Assembly (NCBI GenBank): GCA_020638635.1
Contig: JACKIE010000001.1
Span: 175,970 to 239,969, forward strand
Direction of reading: 5' to 3'
DNA: 64,000 nt
DNA from: Planctomycetota bacterium
GTDB taxonomy: Bacteria > Planctomycetota > UBA8742 > UBA2392
Shown: positions 18,586 to 27,998 of the stretch, one piece after another
Layout of the letters: every line of letters starts with the position of its first letter
How positions within the stretch are numbered: position 1 is the stretch's first letter
Notes under the pieces: generated by a model
Told to the model about the DNA's origin: nothing
The model's database searches: none
What the model saw: the letters and a program-made list of their open reading frames with translations, nothing else
Translations under genes and position numbers: made by a program

Positions 18586-19221
18586 CTACTCGTCCTCAGC
18601 AAAGAACTTCGCCAGCTTTTCCTTCAGCGTGTTCCTGGCCCTTGAGGTCAGGCTTTTCACGGCCGCTACGGTTGTCTTCAGGATCTCGGCCACTTCCTCG
18701 TAGCTCTTGTCCTCGTAGCGGCTGAGGATCAGGGCCAGGCGCTGGTTTTCCGGCAGCTCGGCGATGGCCTCGCGCACTTTGCGTGTGCGCTCGTCCTGGT
18801 CGAGCGCGTCATGCTCGGGCGTGTCGTCCTGTGCTAACTGCTCGAGCGGGTTGCCGCCCTCGTCGTCGTTGCCGGTCACCAGGCGCAGACGGTCGCGAGC
18901 CTTGTCGCGCTTGTAGTTCAGGCACAGGTTCGTGACGACCGTATACAGCCAGGTGCTGAACTTGGCCGTGGGCTCGTACTTGGGCGCGGCGCGGTACACG
19001 CGCAGGAAGGCTTCCTGCACCAGGTCCTCAGCCTCACTGGCCACGCCCAGTTGCCGGTAGATCACCGAGTACGCCAGCCTGTAGTGGCGCTCGAACAACG
19101 TGCGGAACGCGTCGTCGTCACCCTTGGCGACGCGCTTCATCAGCTCGTTGTCGGGCTCGATGATTTTGCCGGGCTTGCCCATGACTTCAGGGGTCAGGGG
19201 TCGGGGTTCAGGGAACTGCAT
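18586..19221 (-). CDS. RNA polymerase sigma-70 factor, ECF subfamily
   Basis: Region 2 (LVQEAFLRVYRAAPKYEPTAKFSTWLYTVVTNLCLNYKRD) and region 4 HTH (LPENQRLALILSRYEDKSYEEVAEILKTTVAAVKSLTSRARNTLKE). Start is chosen at the ATG at 19219-19221; 19180-19182 is also possible, and the track start 19371 is probably over-extended. Confidence 0.8.
   Translation of the reverse strand: MQFPEPRPLTPEVMGKPGKIIEPDNELMKRVAKGDDDAFRTLFERHYRLAYSVIYRQLGVASEAEDLVQEAFLRVYRAAPKYEPTAKFSTWLYTVVTNLCLNYKRDKARDRLRLVTGNDDEGGNPLEQLAQDDTPEHDALDQDERTRKVREAIAELPENQRLALILSRYEDKSYEEVAEILKTTVAAVKSLTSRARNTLKEKLAKFFAEDE
19190..19214. repeat. G-quadruplex-type motif GGGG-tca-GGGG-tcg-GGGG-ttca-GGG on the + strand at the 5' end of the sigma gene
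   Basis: Direct reading. It sits on the template strand of the minus-strand ECF sigma gene. Depending on the true start it is within the first 15 codons or in the leader. Confidence 0.5.
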
Positions 19222-19307
19222 TTCCTGCCGCCCGCCGTCTGCCGCCTTGCTCCTGAAAAGGGTCAGGCACCATTTCCTCCACTGCGTCCCGGAAATGGAG
19301 CCAGACC

Positions 19308-21458
19308 CTACCCCCCGTACCGCTTCAACAAGCCTTCCACGAACTCGTCTTTCTCGCCGCGCGCTCGCCACTCGGCCGCGAGCTTGCGGGCGCGCTCGGA
19401 CAGGCCGTTCTGCGATAGTTCGCAGATCAGCTCCAGTCGTTGCAGGGCGGGCTCAGTGGCCACCAGGTCGCCGTGTCTGGCCAGGCGCTCCAGCGCCCAG
19501 TCGTTGCGCCCCAGGCCCACGCACAGCAGCACCGCGTTGCGGATGTCCAGCGCGTCGAACGCGCTGCCTCCGCACAACTCGTCCAGCAGCTTCAGCGCCA
19601 GCAGGTCTTCGCCCTGCTTCGCGGCCGTTTCCGCGAACAGCCGCGCGAACGAGGCCGAGCGCTCGCCGCGCGTGTAGGCTTCGCGACACAGGTCGAACAG
19701 CACCACGCCCTGCTTGCGCGGCAGCAGGCGCAGCACCGGGCGCGGGTCCTCCGGCTGCTCCTGCATGGCGCGGGTGAACCAACGGTCGGCGTCCGCTACT
19801 TTGCCCTGCCGGGCCAGCAGGTCGCCCACCACCAGGGGCAGCGGCTCGCCGTCCAGCAGGGCGCCGGGCTTGGCGCGCGCGCCCAGGGCCAGCAGGGCCA
19901 GGTTGGCGCGCTCGCTGTCGCCGGCCGCCGCGGCCAGCCGGTACACCGCCAGTGCCTCGTCGGCGTTGCCGCCGGCCGCCTCCTTGAGCAGCGTCTCGCA
20001 CACCGCCGGCTGCAGGCGCTGGGCCAGAAGGTGGGTCAACTGCACGCGCGGCTCGGCGTCCATGGCGGGCACATCCAGCCAAGCCGGGTCCAGGTCTTTC
20101 AGCGCCTCGCGCGCCTGCTCGAAGCTGAACAGCGTGGCGTGGCGCACGATGACCGCGCTGCACAGGCAGCGGCCTTCGGGCGTCGCCATGGTGGGGCGCA
20201 GGCGGCCGGAAAGCTCAACCAGCATCTCGGCCAGCAGCAGCACGGGCTGGCGCCCTTCGCGCAGGCCGAAGGACTCGCCGTTGAAGGTGTGCGCACCGTC
20301 GCGCAGCTCAATGGCCAGCAACGGGCGCCCGGCGCCCAGGGGCGCCACGAGGCTGGTGGGCACACCGCAGCCCTGGGCCAGCACCTGCATGGTCACCACC
20401 AGCGACAACTGCCCGCCGCCCGCGGAGTACAGCACGTCCGAGACCAGCAGCTTCGCGCCCGAGGTCTCGGACGGGTACAGCGCCAGCTGCAACTGCTGGC
20501 GCACGTGTTCGACGAAGGCGTCCAGCAGCTGCTTGCGGGCCTCGCGCCACCCGGGCTCGGAGGCCACGGCAGTTTCCCCGAAGCGCTTCACGCGCGCGGC
20601 CGTTTCCTCGGGCCGGAAGGCCAGGCGCTGGGGCTCAACCTGCTGGATCAGCTGTTCATAGCCCAGCATCAGGCGCGCGAGCTCGCCGGGCGTGAGGTTT
20701 TCCGGCCTGGCCTCCAGCGGGTTGACCGTGGCGTCCAGCGGCATGACCGCCAGCCGGGCCGGGTAGCCAGCGGCCGCGGGATCGAACGGCGTGTCGGGAT
20801 CCACGGGCCGGGCATTGTCCGGCGGCGTGTTGCCGCGCGGCGGGCGGTTGTGCTGCGCGACGTTGTTGTCCGCGTCGTTGCGCGCGCCGTCGGCCCACGG
20901 GCCGAACATGACCGCGGTGATCAGCGCGACCGCGCCCAGCGCGCCGATCAGCACCACGGCCATCAGCGCGCGGCGCAGGCGCGGCGGCCGGGGCGGCTTT
21001 GGCGGCTCGGCGCTCGCGGGTGGGCCCGTCAGCACGGCGTAGGCGGCGGCGGGGATCTCGGGCTCGGGCAGGGTGCTGGGTTCTTCGTCGCTGAAGCGCA
21101 CGCGCCCGATTTCGTCGGTCAGGGTCAGCGGCCCTTCACCGTGGATCATCAGCTGGTTGAGGGCGCTGCGGGCGCGCTTGGCCAGCTTGTCGACGTGCTG
21201 GCTGATCTGCTGGGCGGAGAGGTGCTTGGTAAGGCTCAGCAGCTCGCGCAGCTGTTTCTGCAGCTTTTCGTCCACGCCTTCGAAGTTCAGCACGAAGGCC
21301 TTCTCGAGCTCGCGGCGTGCCTCGGTGAAGTCGGCAACGAGGCCGGGCGGCACTTCGCCGCTTTCGTGCGCCAGCTTGCGCGCGAAGTTGAGCACCGTTT
21401 CAAGGCGGCGCAGCGGCTCGCGCAGGGCGGCAACTTTTTCGGATCCCTGCTCAGGCAT
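19308..21458 (-). CDS. large single-pass membrane protein (coiled-coil N-domain, Pro-rich linker, TM, TPR-like C-domain), candidate anti-sigma/regulatory partner of the ECF sigma
   Basis: TM segment ALMAVVLIGALGAVALITAVMF after PPKPPRPPRLRR. The C-terminal 400 aa is Ala/Leu-rich and helical-repeat-like. It lies immediately upstream, co-directional with the ECF sigma gene. Confidence 0.4.
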   Translation of the reverse strand: MPEQGSEKVAALREPLRRLETVLNFARKLAHESGEVPPGLVADFTEARRELEKAFVLNFEGVDEKLQKQLRELLSLTKHLSAQQISQHVDKLAKRARSALNQLMIHGEGPLTLTDEIGRVRFSDEEPSTLPEPEIPAAAYAVLTGPPASAEPPKPPRPPRLRRALMAVVLIGALGAVALITAVMFGPWADGARNDADNNVAQHNRPPRGNTPPDNARPVDPDTPFDPAAAGYPARLAVMPLDATVNPLEARPENLTPGELARLMLGYEQLIQQVEPQRLAFRPEETAARVKRFGETAVASEPGWREARKQLLDAFVEHVRQQLQLALYPSETSGAKLLVSDVLYSAGGGQLSLVVTMQVLAQGCGVPTSLVAPLGAGRPLLAIELRDGAHTFNGESFGLREGRQPVLLLAEMLVELSGRLRPTMATPEGRCLCSAVIVRHATLFSFEQAREALKDLDPAWLDVPAMDAEPRVQLTHLLAQRLQPAVCETLLKEAAGGNADEALAVYRLAAAAGDSERANLALLALGARAKPGALLDGEPLPLVVGDLLARQGKVADADRWFTRAMQEQPEDPRPVLRLLPRKQGVVLFDLCREAYTRGERSASFARLFAETAAKQGEDLLALKLLDELCGGSAFDALDIRNAVLLCVGLGRNDWALERLARHGDLVATEPALQRLELICELSQNGLSERARKLAAEWRARGEKDEFVEGLLKRYGG

Positions 21459-21504
21459 TCGTGCCTGTCTCCCGGGGTGCCTTGCGGCCCAGGGGGAGGG
21501 ACCG

Positions 21505-21999
21505 CTAGCCTTTCAGCTTCTGCTGCAGCCGCGCGTCTTTTTCCAGCACCTTGGCGGTCTGCGCGGCCCGCCACTCTATCACTTTTTTCGCCACGTTCGC
21601 GTCGCCCGTGCCGATGATTTGCGCGGCCAGTACCGCGGCGTTCACCGCCCCGTCAATCCCTACCGTAGCGACCGGCACGCCCGGCGGCATCTGCGCCGTG
21701 CTGAGCAAGGCGTCCAGGCCGTTCAGCGCGCCCGAGGCAACCGGGATGCCGATTACCGGCCTCGCGCTGTGGGCGGCCACGGCGCCGGCCAGGTGCGCAG
21801 CCATGCCCGCGGCGCAGATGAACACTTTCACCCCACCGGCCTCGGCACGTTGCACGAATTCGCGGGTCTGCTCAGGCGTACGGTGGGCGGAAAGCACGCG
21901 GCCTTCGACAGAAATGCCGAGTTCCTTGAGAGTGTTAAAGCCCGCCTCGAGCTTGGGCAGGTCGCTGTCAGATCCCATCAGCCAGGCTACTTGCGCCAT
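21505..21999 (-). CDS. purE: 5-(carboxyamino)imidazole ribonucleotide mutase
   Basis: [15 protein letters not shown]...SAHRTPE...[11 protein letters not shown]...PVIGIPV are classic PurE motifs. ATG at 21997-21999 is preceded by AAGGAGA. Confidence 0.85.
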   Translation of the reverse strand: MAQVAWLMGSDSDLPKLEAGFNTLKELGISVEGRVLSAHRTPEQTREFVQRAEAGGVKVFICAAGMAAHLAGAVAAHSARPVIGIPVASGALNGLDALLSTAQMPPGVPVATVGIDGAVNAAVLAAQIIGTGDANVAKKVIEWRAAQTAKVLEKDARLQQKLKG

Positions 22000-22044
22000 G
22001 GTTTCTCCTTGGTCTGGTGGTGCGGGCAAATGAATCCGGCCCCC

Positions 22045-22923
22045 TTAACCCTTAAGCCGGTCAATTACTTCCCGGTAACGGGCGGCCGTGCGGTTCACGA
22101 TTTCGTCCGGCAACTCCGGCGGCGGGGCTTTCTTGTTCCAGGGCTGGGTTTCCAGCCAGTCGCGCACGATCTGCTTGTCGAAGCTGTCGGGGTTCTTGCC
22201 CACCTGGTAGGTCTTCGCGTCCCAGAAGCGGCTGCTGTCGGGGGTCAGCATCTCGTCGCAGATCGCGAGGTTGCAGTCAATCATGCCGAACTCGAACTTG
22301 GTGTCAGCGATGATGATGCCCTTCTTGCGCGCGTACTCCGCGGCGCGTGTGTACAGCGTGAGGGTCAGGTCGCGCAGGCGGGTTGCCATCTCCTGTCCCA
22401 CGATCTGGGCGGCGCTCTCGAAGTCGATGTTCTCGTCGTGCTCGCCTTGCTCGGCCTTGGTGGCCGGCGTGAACAGCGGGCGCGGCAGCTTCTCGGCCAG
22501 TTGCAGCCCCGCGGGCAGGGCATGGCCGCAGATCGCGCCTGTCTTCTGGTAGTCTTTCCAGCCCGAGCCGACGATGTAGCCGCGGGCGACGCACTCGACC
22601 TTCAGCATGTTGGCCTTGTGCACGTACATGGTGCGGCCTTCAAGCTGGTCGCGGTACTTGCGGACCTGCTCGGGCATTTCGTCCACTTCGGCGGTGATCA
22701 GGTGATTGCCGACGCTGCCCTGGAAGAAATCGAACCAGAACAGGCTGATCTCGGTCAGCATCTTGCCGCGGTCGGGGATGCCGCGACTCATCACCACGTC
22801 AAAGGCGCTGAGCCGGTCCGTGGTGACCATCAGGTAGTTGCCGTTGACCTCGTAGATGTCCCGCACCTTGCCGCTGTAGATGCGCTTGAGGTCGGGCATG
22901 TCCGTCTTTAGCAGTGCTGCCAT
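22045..22923 (-). CDS. purC: phosphoribosylaminoimidazole-succinocarboxamide synthase (SAICAR synthetase)
   Basis: YSGKVRDIY...LMVTTDRLSAFD...ADTKFEFG are SAICAR synthetase signatures. Start at the internal ATG at 22921-22923 (MAALLKTDMPDLKR...). Confidence 0.9.
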   Translation of the reverse strand: MAALLKTDMPDLKRIYSGKVRDIYEVNGNYLMVTTDRLSAFDVVMSRGIPDRGKMLTEISLFWFDFFQGSVGNHLITAEVDEMPEQVRKYRDQLEGRTMYVHKANMLKVECVARGYIVGSGWKDYQKTGAICGHALPAGLQLAEKLPRPLFTPATKAEQGEHDENIDFESAAQIVGQEMATRLRDLTLTLYTRAAEYARKKGIIIADTKFEFGMIDCNLAICDEMLTPDSSRFWDAKTYQVGKNPDSFDKQIVRDWLETQPWNKKAPPPELPDEIVNRTAARYREVIDRLKG

Positions 22924-22975
22924 GCAAGCTCCTTGCCCGGTGCCGGGTTTTCTTTTGCTTGAAACGTCGGCTTCG

Positions 22976-23731
22976 TCAAGCGGAATCGCCACCGCTTGGC
23001 GGCTTGTCGGCCACCACCACCTGTCGGCGCGATGTGGATTCATGAAAGGGGCTGCCGTCCAGCTCGCTGTATCTGGCGCTCACGCGCAGGCCGGCTGTTG
23101 TGAGAAACCGGTCAAGCTCAGCGGGTGTGAACAGGCGCACGCTTTCGTGCCAGCGGCGCGGCGGCATGCCTTCGGGGATGTACTCGACATCCTTGATCAC
23201 GCGCTTGGCGGCTGCGTCGTAGCGGCGGGTTTGCCTGAGTGTCAGGCCGTCGCGTTGCTCGGTGCTTTCGGGCTGCAACTGACGCACCGTCACTTCGGCG
23301 TTCATGTGGTCGATCACCAGGCGCCCGCCCGGCTTCAGCACGCGATGGACCTCGCTGAGCACGCGATGATGGGCGTCGTCGTCCGGAAAGTAACCGAAGC
23401 TGCTGAACAGGTTGGTCACGGCGTCGAACAGCCCGTCCGCGAAGGGTATTGCCCGAGCGTCGGCCCGCACGGCGCGGCCCGCCAGCCCGCCCGCCTGCAG
23501 CAGTGTGAACGAAAGATCCAGCCCCACGGCACTCAGCCCGGCCGCGCGCATCGACAGCAGGTGGCGCCCCGCGCCGCAGCACAGGTCAAGCACGCGGCCG
23601 TGACGCGGCAGCAACCCGGCGCCCAGCAGTTGGTTGACCTGCTGCTGGCCCTGGACGGGTGAACGGTGGCGATAGACCTCCAGGTACTCCGAGGCAAAGG
23701 CGCGCTCATACCAGGGGCGGCTGTCCGTCAT
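22976..23731 (-). CDS. class I SAM-dependent methyltransferase
   Basis: VLDLCCGAGRH (motif I GxGxG) and LKPGGRLVI (motif post-II). 251 aa. Confidence 0.75.
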   Translation of the reverse strand: MTDSRPWYERAFASEYLEVYRHRSPVQGQQQVNQLLGAGLLPRHGRVLDLCCGAGRHLLSMRAAGLSAVGLDLSFTLLQAGGLAGRAVRADARAIPFADGLFDAVTNLFSSFGYFPDDDAHHRVLSEVHRVLKPGGRLVIDHMNAEVTVRQLQPESTEQRDGLTLRQTRRYDAAAKRVIKDVEYIPEGMPPRRWHESVRLFTPAELDRFLTTAGLRVSARYSELDGSPFHESTSRRQVVVADKPPSGGDSA

Positions 23732-23803
23732 GGCGCGAGTCTAGCGCGTCCGGCGTCAGGTTACAGCGGTCGAAAGGGCTGCTAGAGTGCGCGCGGAGGA
23801 AAC

Positions 23804-24184
23804 GTGTCGCGTACCCTGCAGAAAACCGGCCTGCCGCTTGCCCTGCTGGCGGCCTTTGTTTTGTGCCTGCCCGCCTGCAGCGGCGGCCCCGAAGAAATCT
23901 GGCAGCCGGAAACCCTGGTGCAGGAGCAGCCCCTGGAGGGCGCGAAGTTCACCGAAACCCTCGCGGCCGGCAAGCTGGTGCTGACCGCCACCCGCAAGGT
24001 GCGCGCCACGGAAACACCCGTCGAGCGCTTGTACCTGCACCACACGGAGACCTGGTCCGACTTCGACTGGGACAGTTTCGGCCTGGTGTTCTGGTCCGTG
24101 CTGGGGGGCATCGTTTCGGTGGGGCTCTACTTCCTGTTCGCCTTCGTCGTGTTCGACACCACCAAAGATGAAGAGAACAAGTAG
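23804..24184 (+). CDS. hypothetical lipoprotein with a C-terminal TM helix
   Basis: Lipobox LCLPACSG after a hydrophobic h-region. C-terminal FWSVLGGIVSVGLYFLFAFVVF. GTG start with GGAGGA upstream. Confidence 0.4.
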   Translation: MSRTLQKTGLPLALLAAFVLCLPACSGGPEEIWQPETLVQEQPLEGAKFTETLAAGKLVLTATRKVRATETPVERLYLHHTETWSDFDWDSFGLVFWSVLGGIVSVGLYFLFAFVVFDTTKDEENK

Positions 24185-24683
24185 CCTGCTGCTGTGCCTG
24201 CTGCTGTGCGGCTGCGCCTCACGCAGCTGGACGGAAGCCACCGACGACGTCCGCCCGACAGGCGCCCCGCGCGAGGTGATTGAAGACCGCCCCCTGGCCG
24301 GCGAGTTCTTCGAGCTGCGCACGGACCTGGAGGCCGACGGCTTTCACATCGCCGAGAACGTCAACACCGACGACGCCGGGCGCGTGCAGATCGACCTGCT
24401 GCCGCCCGCCCTGCAATGCCTGCACTACGGCCATGACGTGAAGCTGGAGCTGTACTCGTTCGAGGAAGAAAAGGTGGTCTACACCCGCACCTTAACGGCC
24501 GAAGAAAGCCGGGGCGTGATCCGCGAGTGCAGTGTACAGGCCAAGTTAGGGGCAGAACTGCGTCTGCGCCGCAGGTCGGCCGACCAGCTCGACAAGCTGA
24601 TAGAGGCCAACGGCGACCTTGAGCTGCGGGAGCAGCTGGAAGCCATCCGCAACAAGGTAAAACTCCGCCTCGAGTGGGAGTAG
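24168..24683 (+). CDS. hypothetical lipoprotein
   Basis: MKRTSSLLLCLLLCGCAS signal peptide with lipobox. Overlaps the upstream gene by 17 nt. Confidence 0.4.
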   Translation: MKRTSSLLLCLLLCGCASRSWTEATDDVRPTGAPREVIEDRPLAGEFFELRTDLEADGFHIAENVNTDDAGRVQIDLLPPALQCLHYGHDVKLELYSFEEEKVVYTRTLTAEESRGVIRECSVQAKLGAELRLRRRSADQLDKLIEANGDLELREQLEAIRNKVKLRLEWE

Positions 24684-24872
24684 GCGGTTACAGGCGGCAG
24701 GCAGCAGGCGGAAGTCCGCCACTTCAGCAACGTCCCCAAGCCCCTGCTTTCCACGCGCTTCCACCTTCGCTGAAGCTTCGTTGGACAGGTGGGCTTGCGG
24801 CTCTTGTTCACCTTCCGGACAACAAACCCTGTAGTTATCGGACGTTTCTGCCGATCATTGGGCCGGAGAAAC

Positions 24873-26027
24873 ATGGGCGGGAAACTGGACATTGAAGTCG
24901 TGTCTGATCCGCGGCGCTGCCGTGAGTTCATTGACATGCCCTGGCTGGTCAACGCCGGCGACGACGACTGGGCACCGCCCTTGCGCATGGCCGTGGACAA
25001 GCTGCTGAACCGCAGCAAGTACCCCTTCTTCAACCACGGCGACGCGGCCTTCTTCCTGGCCCGCCGCGGCCGTGAGCCCGTGGGGCGCATCGCCGCCATT
25101 GACAACAAACTGCACGCCAAGACCTACCAGGACGGCGTGGGTTTCTTCGGCTTCTTTGAATGCGAAGACGACGCGGAGGCTTGCCGCGGCCTGCTGTCCC
25201 GCGCCGCCACCTGGGTGCGCGACCGGGGCTACAGCCGCGTGCGCGGGCCGCTCAATTACAGCGTGAATGACGAAAACCCCGGCGTGCTGTTCGAGGGCTT
25301 CAACGGCGTGCCGTTGATCCTGATGGCCCACAACCCGGGCTACTACAACCGGCTTCTTACCGACTGCGGCCTGGCCAAGGCCAAAGATCTCTACGCCTAC
25401 CTGGTGACCCGGGCGACCATGGCCGGCGAGCGCTTCCAGCGCGTGATGAAAGCCGTGCGCCGCCGCGCGCCGCAGCTCGACCTGCGCGAGGTGCGCCTGG
25501 ACGGCAAGGGCTTCCGCCAGGACATCGTCACGATGCTCAAGATCTTCAACGAGGCCTGGTCGGCCAACTGGGGTTTCGTGGAGGTCACCCCGCCCGAGGT
25601 GGACGCCATCGCCGCGGACTTGAAGCCGATCGTGGACCCGTGCATCACCGCCATCGCCGAAATCGAGGGCAAGCCCGTCGGCATGATGGTGTGCGTACCC
25701 AACGTGAACGAAATCCTGCGCAAGATCCCCAACGGTCGCCTGTTCCCCACGGGCTGGTACAAGCTGCTGACGGGCCTGCGCGACATCCGGGGCTTCCGCA
25801 CCATGCTGATGGGCGTGGTGCCTGAGTACCGCAACCGCGGCGTGGACGCGCTGATGATCGACAAGGTCATGCAGAGCGGCCTGGCCGCCGGCTACGAGTA
25901 CTGCGAGCTGAGCTGGGTGCTGGAAGACAACGAAGCCATGACGTCGCTGGCAGACAAGGCCGGCGGCATGCTGTATCGCAAATACCGCATTTACGAGGCT
26001 GACACCGATGCGCTTATTCTCCCGTAA
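24873..26027 (+). CDS. hypothetical protein, probable GNAT-fold acyl/acetyltransferase-like enzyme
   Basis: 385 aa. The C-terminal half has a GNAT-like core (VGMMVCVPN...RGFRTMLMGVVPEYRNRGVDALMIDKVMQSG). ATG at 24873 with GGAG 6 nt upstream. Confidence 0.35.
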   Translation: MGGKLDIEVVSDPRRCREFIDMPWLVNAGDDDWAPPLRMAVDKLLNRSKYPFFNHGDAAFFLARRGREPVGRIAAIDNKLHAKTYQDGVGFFGFFECEDDAEACRGLLSRAATWVRDRGYSRVRGPLNYSVNDENPGVLFEGFNGVPLILMAHNPGYYNRLLTDCGLAKAKDLYAYLVTRATMAGERFQRVMKAVRRRAPQLDLREVRLDGKGFRQDIVTMLKIFNEAWSANWGFVEVTPPEVDAIAADLKPIVDPCITAIAEIEGKPVGMMVCVPNVNEILRKIPNGRLFPTGWYKLLTGLRDIRGFRTMLMGVVPEYRNRGVDALMIDKVMQSGLAAGYEYCELSWVLEDNEAMTSLADKAGGMLYRKYRIYEADTDALILP

Positions 26028-27477
26028 TCTCCCCTTCTATCTGCTGGGCGCGCTGCTGCTGCTGGCGGCGCAGAATCCCGTGCGCTCCGACAACGCGGGC
26101 CTCGATGCAACCACGCGCAGCGCCATCCTCGCGAAACTGCAAAAGGCCGAGGGCAAGCGCGGCACGGCCGGCTGCGTGATCCTGGACCTCGACAGCGGCG
26201 AAACATTGCTCAGCCACAACGCGGACACGGCGCTGATCCCCGCCAGCAACATGAAGCTGGTGACCACGCTGACGGCCCTGGACCAGCTGGGCGGCGACTT
26301 CGAGTTCGTCACCCGCGTGCTGGCCGACGGCAAGGTGGAAGGCGGCGCCCTGAACGGCGACCTGTTGGTGATCGGCGGCGGCGACCCCAACCTCAGCGGG
26401 CGCTTTTACGAAAATGACCCGCTGGCCCTGTTCAAGGCCTGGGCGGCGCGGCTGAAGCAGACGGGCATCACCAGCATCAGCGGCGACCTGAAGTACGACA
26501 GCACCCTGTTCGGCGGCGAAAGCTTCTGCGAAGGCTGGCCCCAGGACGACCAGTACATCAAGTGGTACTGCGCCGAGGTCAGCGCGCTGGCCTTCAACGA
26601 CAACTGCGTGGGCATCCGCGTGATCCCCACCAGCGCGGGCAAACCAGCGAAGATCGAGGTGATGCCCGAGACAGCCTACGTCACGATCGTGAACGAAACC
26701 ACCACCGCGCGCGGCAAGAAAGGCGCCGAGATCGGCATCGTGCGCCCGCGCGGCGAGAACACCATCACCGTGAAAGGCACGGTCTACGAGCAGGCGACCT
26801 GGGGCTACTTCATCGACGTGACGGTGCACGATCCGGCCGCCTACGCCGCCACCGTGTTAAAGGAAACCCTGGCGCGCGAAGGCGTCAGCCTCAAGGGCGC
26901 GATCAAGCCCGTCACCCTGAGCAACCAGGACATGCAGCGCTGCACACTGCTGATCGAGCATCGCGCCTCCCTGCTGCAGGCCTTGAAACCGATCAACACC
27001 AACAGCCAGAACCTGCACGCCGAGATGCTGTTCCGCCAGCTCGGTCTGCGCTACTCGGGCAAGGGCACGTTCAAGACAGGCCGCGCGGCCGTGGAGGCCT
27101 ACCTGACAGAACAGAAGCTGCTGACCGACGGCATCCATATCGAAGACGGCAGCGGCCTGGCGCGCGACAACCGCGTGACGCCCAACCTGCTGGTGAAGCT
27201 GCTGAAGCGCGCGGCAGCCGACGAGCGCTTTGAGGCCCTGCGCGACAGCCTGGCCGTGGGCGGCGAGGCGGGCACACTGGAGAAGCGCCTGACCGACAAG
27301 AGCGTGAAGGGCAAGGTGTTCGCCAAGACGGGCTACATCAACAACGTACGTTCTCTCAGCGGCTACCTGTTCGCGGGCAAACGCCGCTTTGCCTTTTCCA
27401 TGCTTATGAACGACTGCGTTTACACCAAGCAGATGCAGGACGAGATTCTCGAAATCCTGGCCAAGGCCGCCGAGTGA
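26008..27477 (+). CDS. dacB: D-alanyl-D-alanine carboxypeptidase/endopeptidase (PBP4, peptidase S13)
   Basis: Signal peptide, SNMKLVT (SxxK active site), DLLVIGGGDPNL, then a C-terminal KTGYINNVRSLSGY (KTG motif). Confidence 0.8.
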   Translation: MRLFSRNLPFYLLGALLLLAAQNPVRSDNAGLDATTRSAILAKLQKAEGKRGTAGCVILDLDSGETLLSHNADTALIPASNMKLVTTLTALDQLGGDFEFVTRVLADGKVEGGALNGDLLVIGGGDPNLSGRFYENDPLALFKAWAARLKQTGITSISGDLKYDSTLFGGESFCEGWPQDDQYIKWYCAEVSALAFNDNCVGIRVIPTSAGKPAKIEVMPETAYVTIVNETTTARGKKGAEIGIVRPRGENTITVKGTVYEQATWGYFIDVTVHDPAAYAATVLKETLAREGVSLKGAIKPVTLSNQDMQRCTLLIEHRASLLQALKPINTNSQNLHAEMLFRQLGLRYSGKGTFKTGRAAVEAYLTEQKLLTDGIHIEDGSGLARDNRVTPNLLVKLLKRAAADERFEALRDSLAVGGEAGTLEKRLTDKSVKGKVFAKTGYINNVRSLSGYLFAGKRRFAFSMLMNDCVYTKQMQDEILEILAKAAE

Positions 27478-27875
27478 TCAAGCCCCGCCCGCAACTGGGC
27501 GTCGTGCTGCTGGCACTGGCGGGGATCAGCATCGCCATGCTGCTGCTGGAGGGCGCGGGCGCTCCCGCCGAGGCTGGCCTGCCCGCCGTGCGCGGGCTCG
27601 ACAAGCTGCTTCACTTCGGCGCGCACTTTTGGGTTGCCAGCCTGCTGTTCTGGGGCGGCCTGCTGCTGGGCCGCCCGCTTGATTTCAACCGCCGCCGCAA
27701 ACTCTGGACGCTGCTGGTGCTGCTGGCCGACAGCGCTGCCGGCCTGACCATCGAGCTGGTGCAACTGCAACTGGGCGCAACCCACGGCCGAGTGTTCGAC
27801 TGGAAAGACGTCAGTGCGAACATTGCAGGGATGGCAGCTGCCCTGGCGGTCGGCTGGGCCGGAAATCGGGCGTAG
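27474..27875 (+). CDS. VanZ family membrane protein
   Basis: LDKLLHFGAHFWVASLL and the C-terminal FDWKDVSANIAGMAAALAVG match VanZ conserved blocks. GTG start overlaps the dacB stop. Confidence 0.55.
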   Translation: MIKPRPQLGVVLLALAGISIAMLLLEGAGAPAEAGLPAVRGLDKLLHFGAHFWVASLLFWGGLLLGRPLDFNRRRKLWTLLVLLADSAAGLTIELVQLQLGATHGRVFDWKDVSANIAGMAAALAVGWAGNRA

Positions 27876-27998
27876 ATTTCAACCCGAGGACAATCTCCTA
27901 CCACGTTGTTGCCCCCTGCACCCCTGCATCGGACCTGGATTTCGGGTAACCTGTAGGTCCGTTCTGCGTACTAAGTGCAGGGCACCGCAGGAGATGGA

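Noticed and set aside
19440-22911. 725-aa and 612-aa + strand ORFs opposite the anti-sigma-like gene, purE and purC
   Set aside because: Antisense, Arg/Ala/Gly-rich, no motifs. purE and purC are unambiguous on the other strand.
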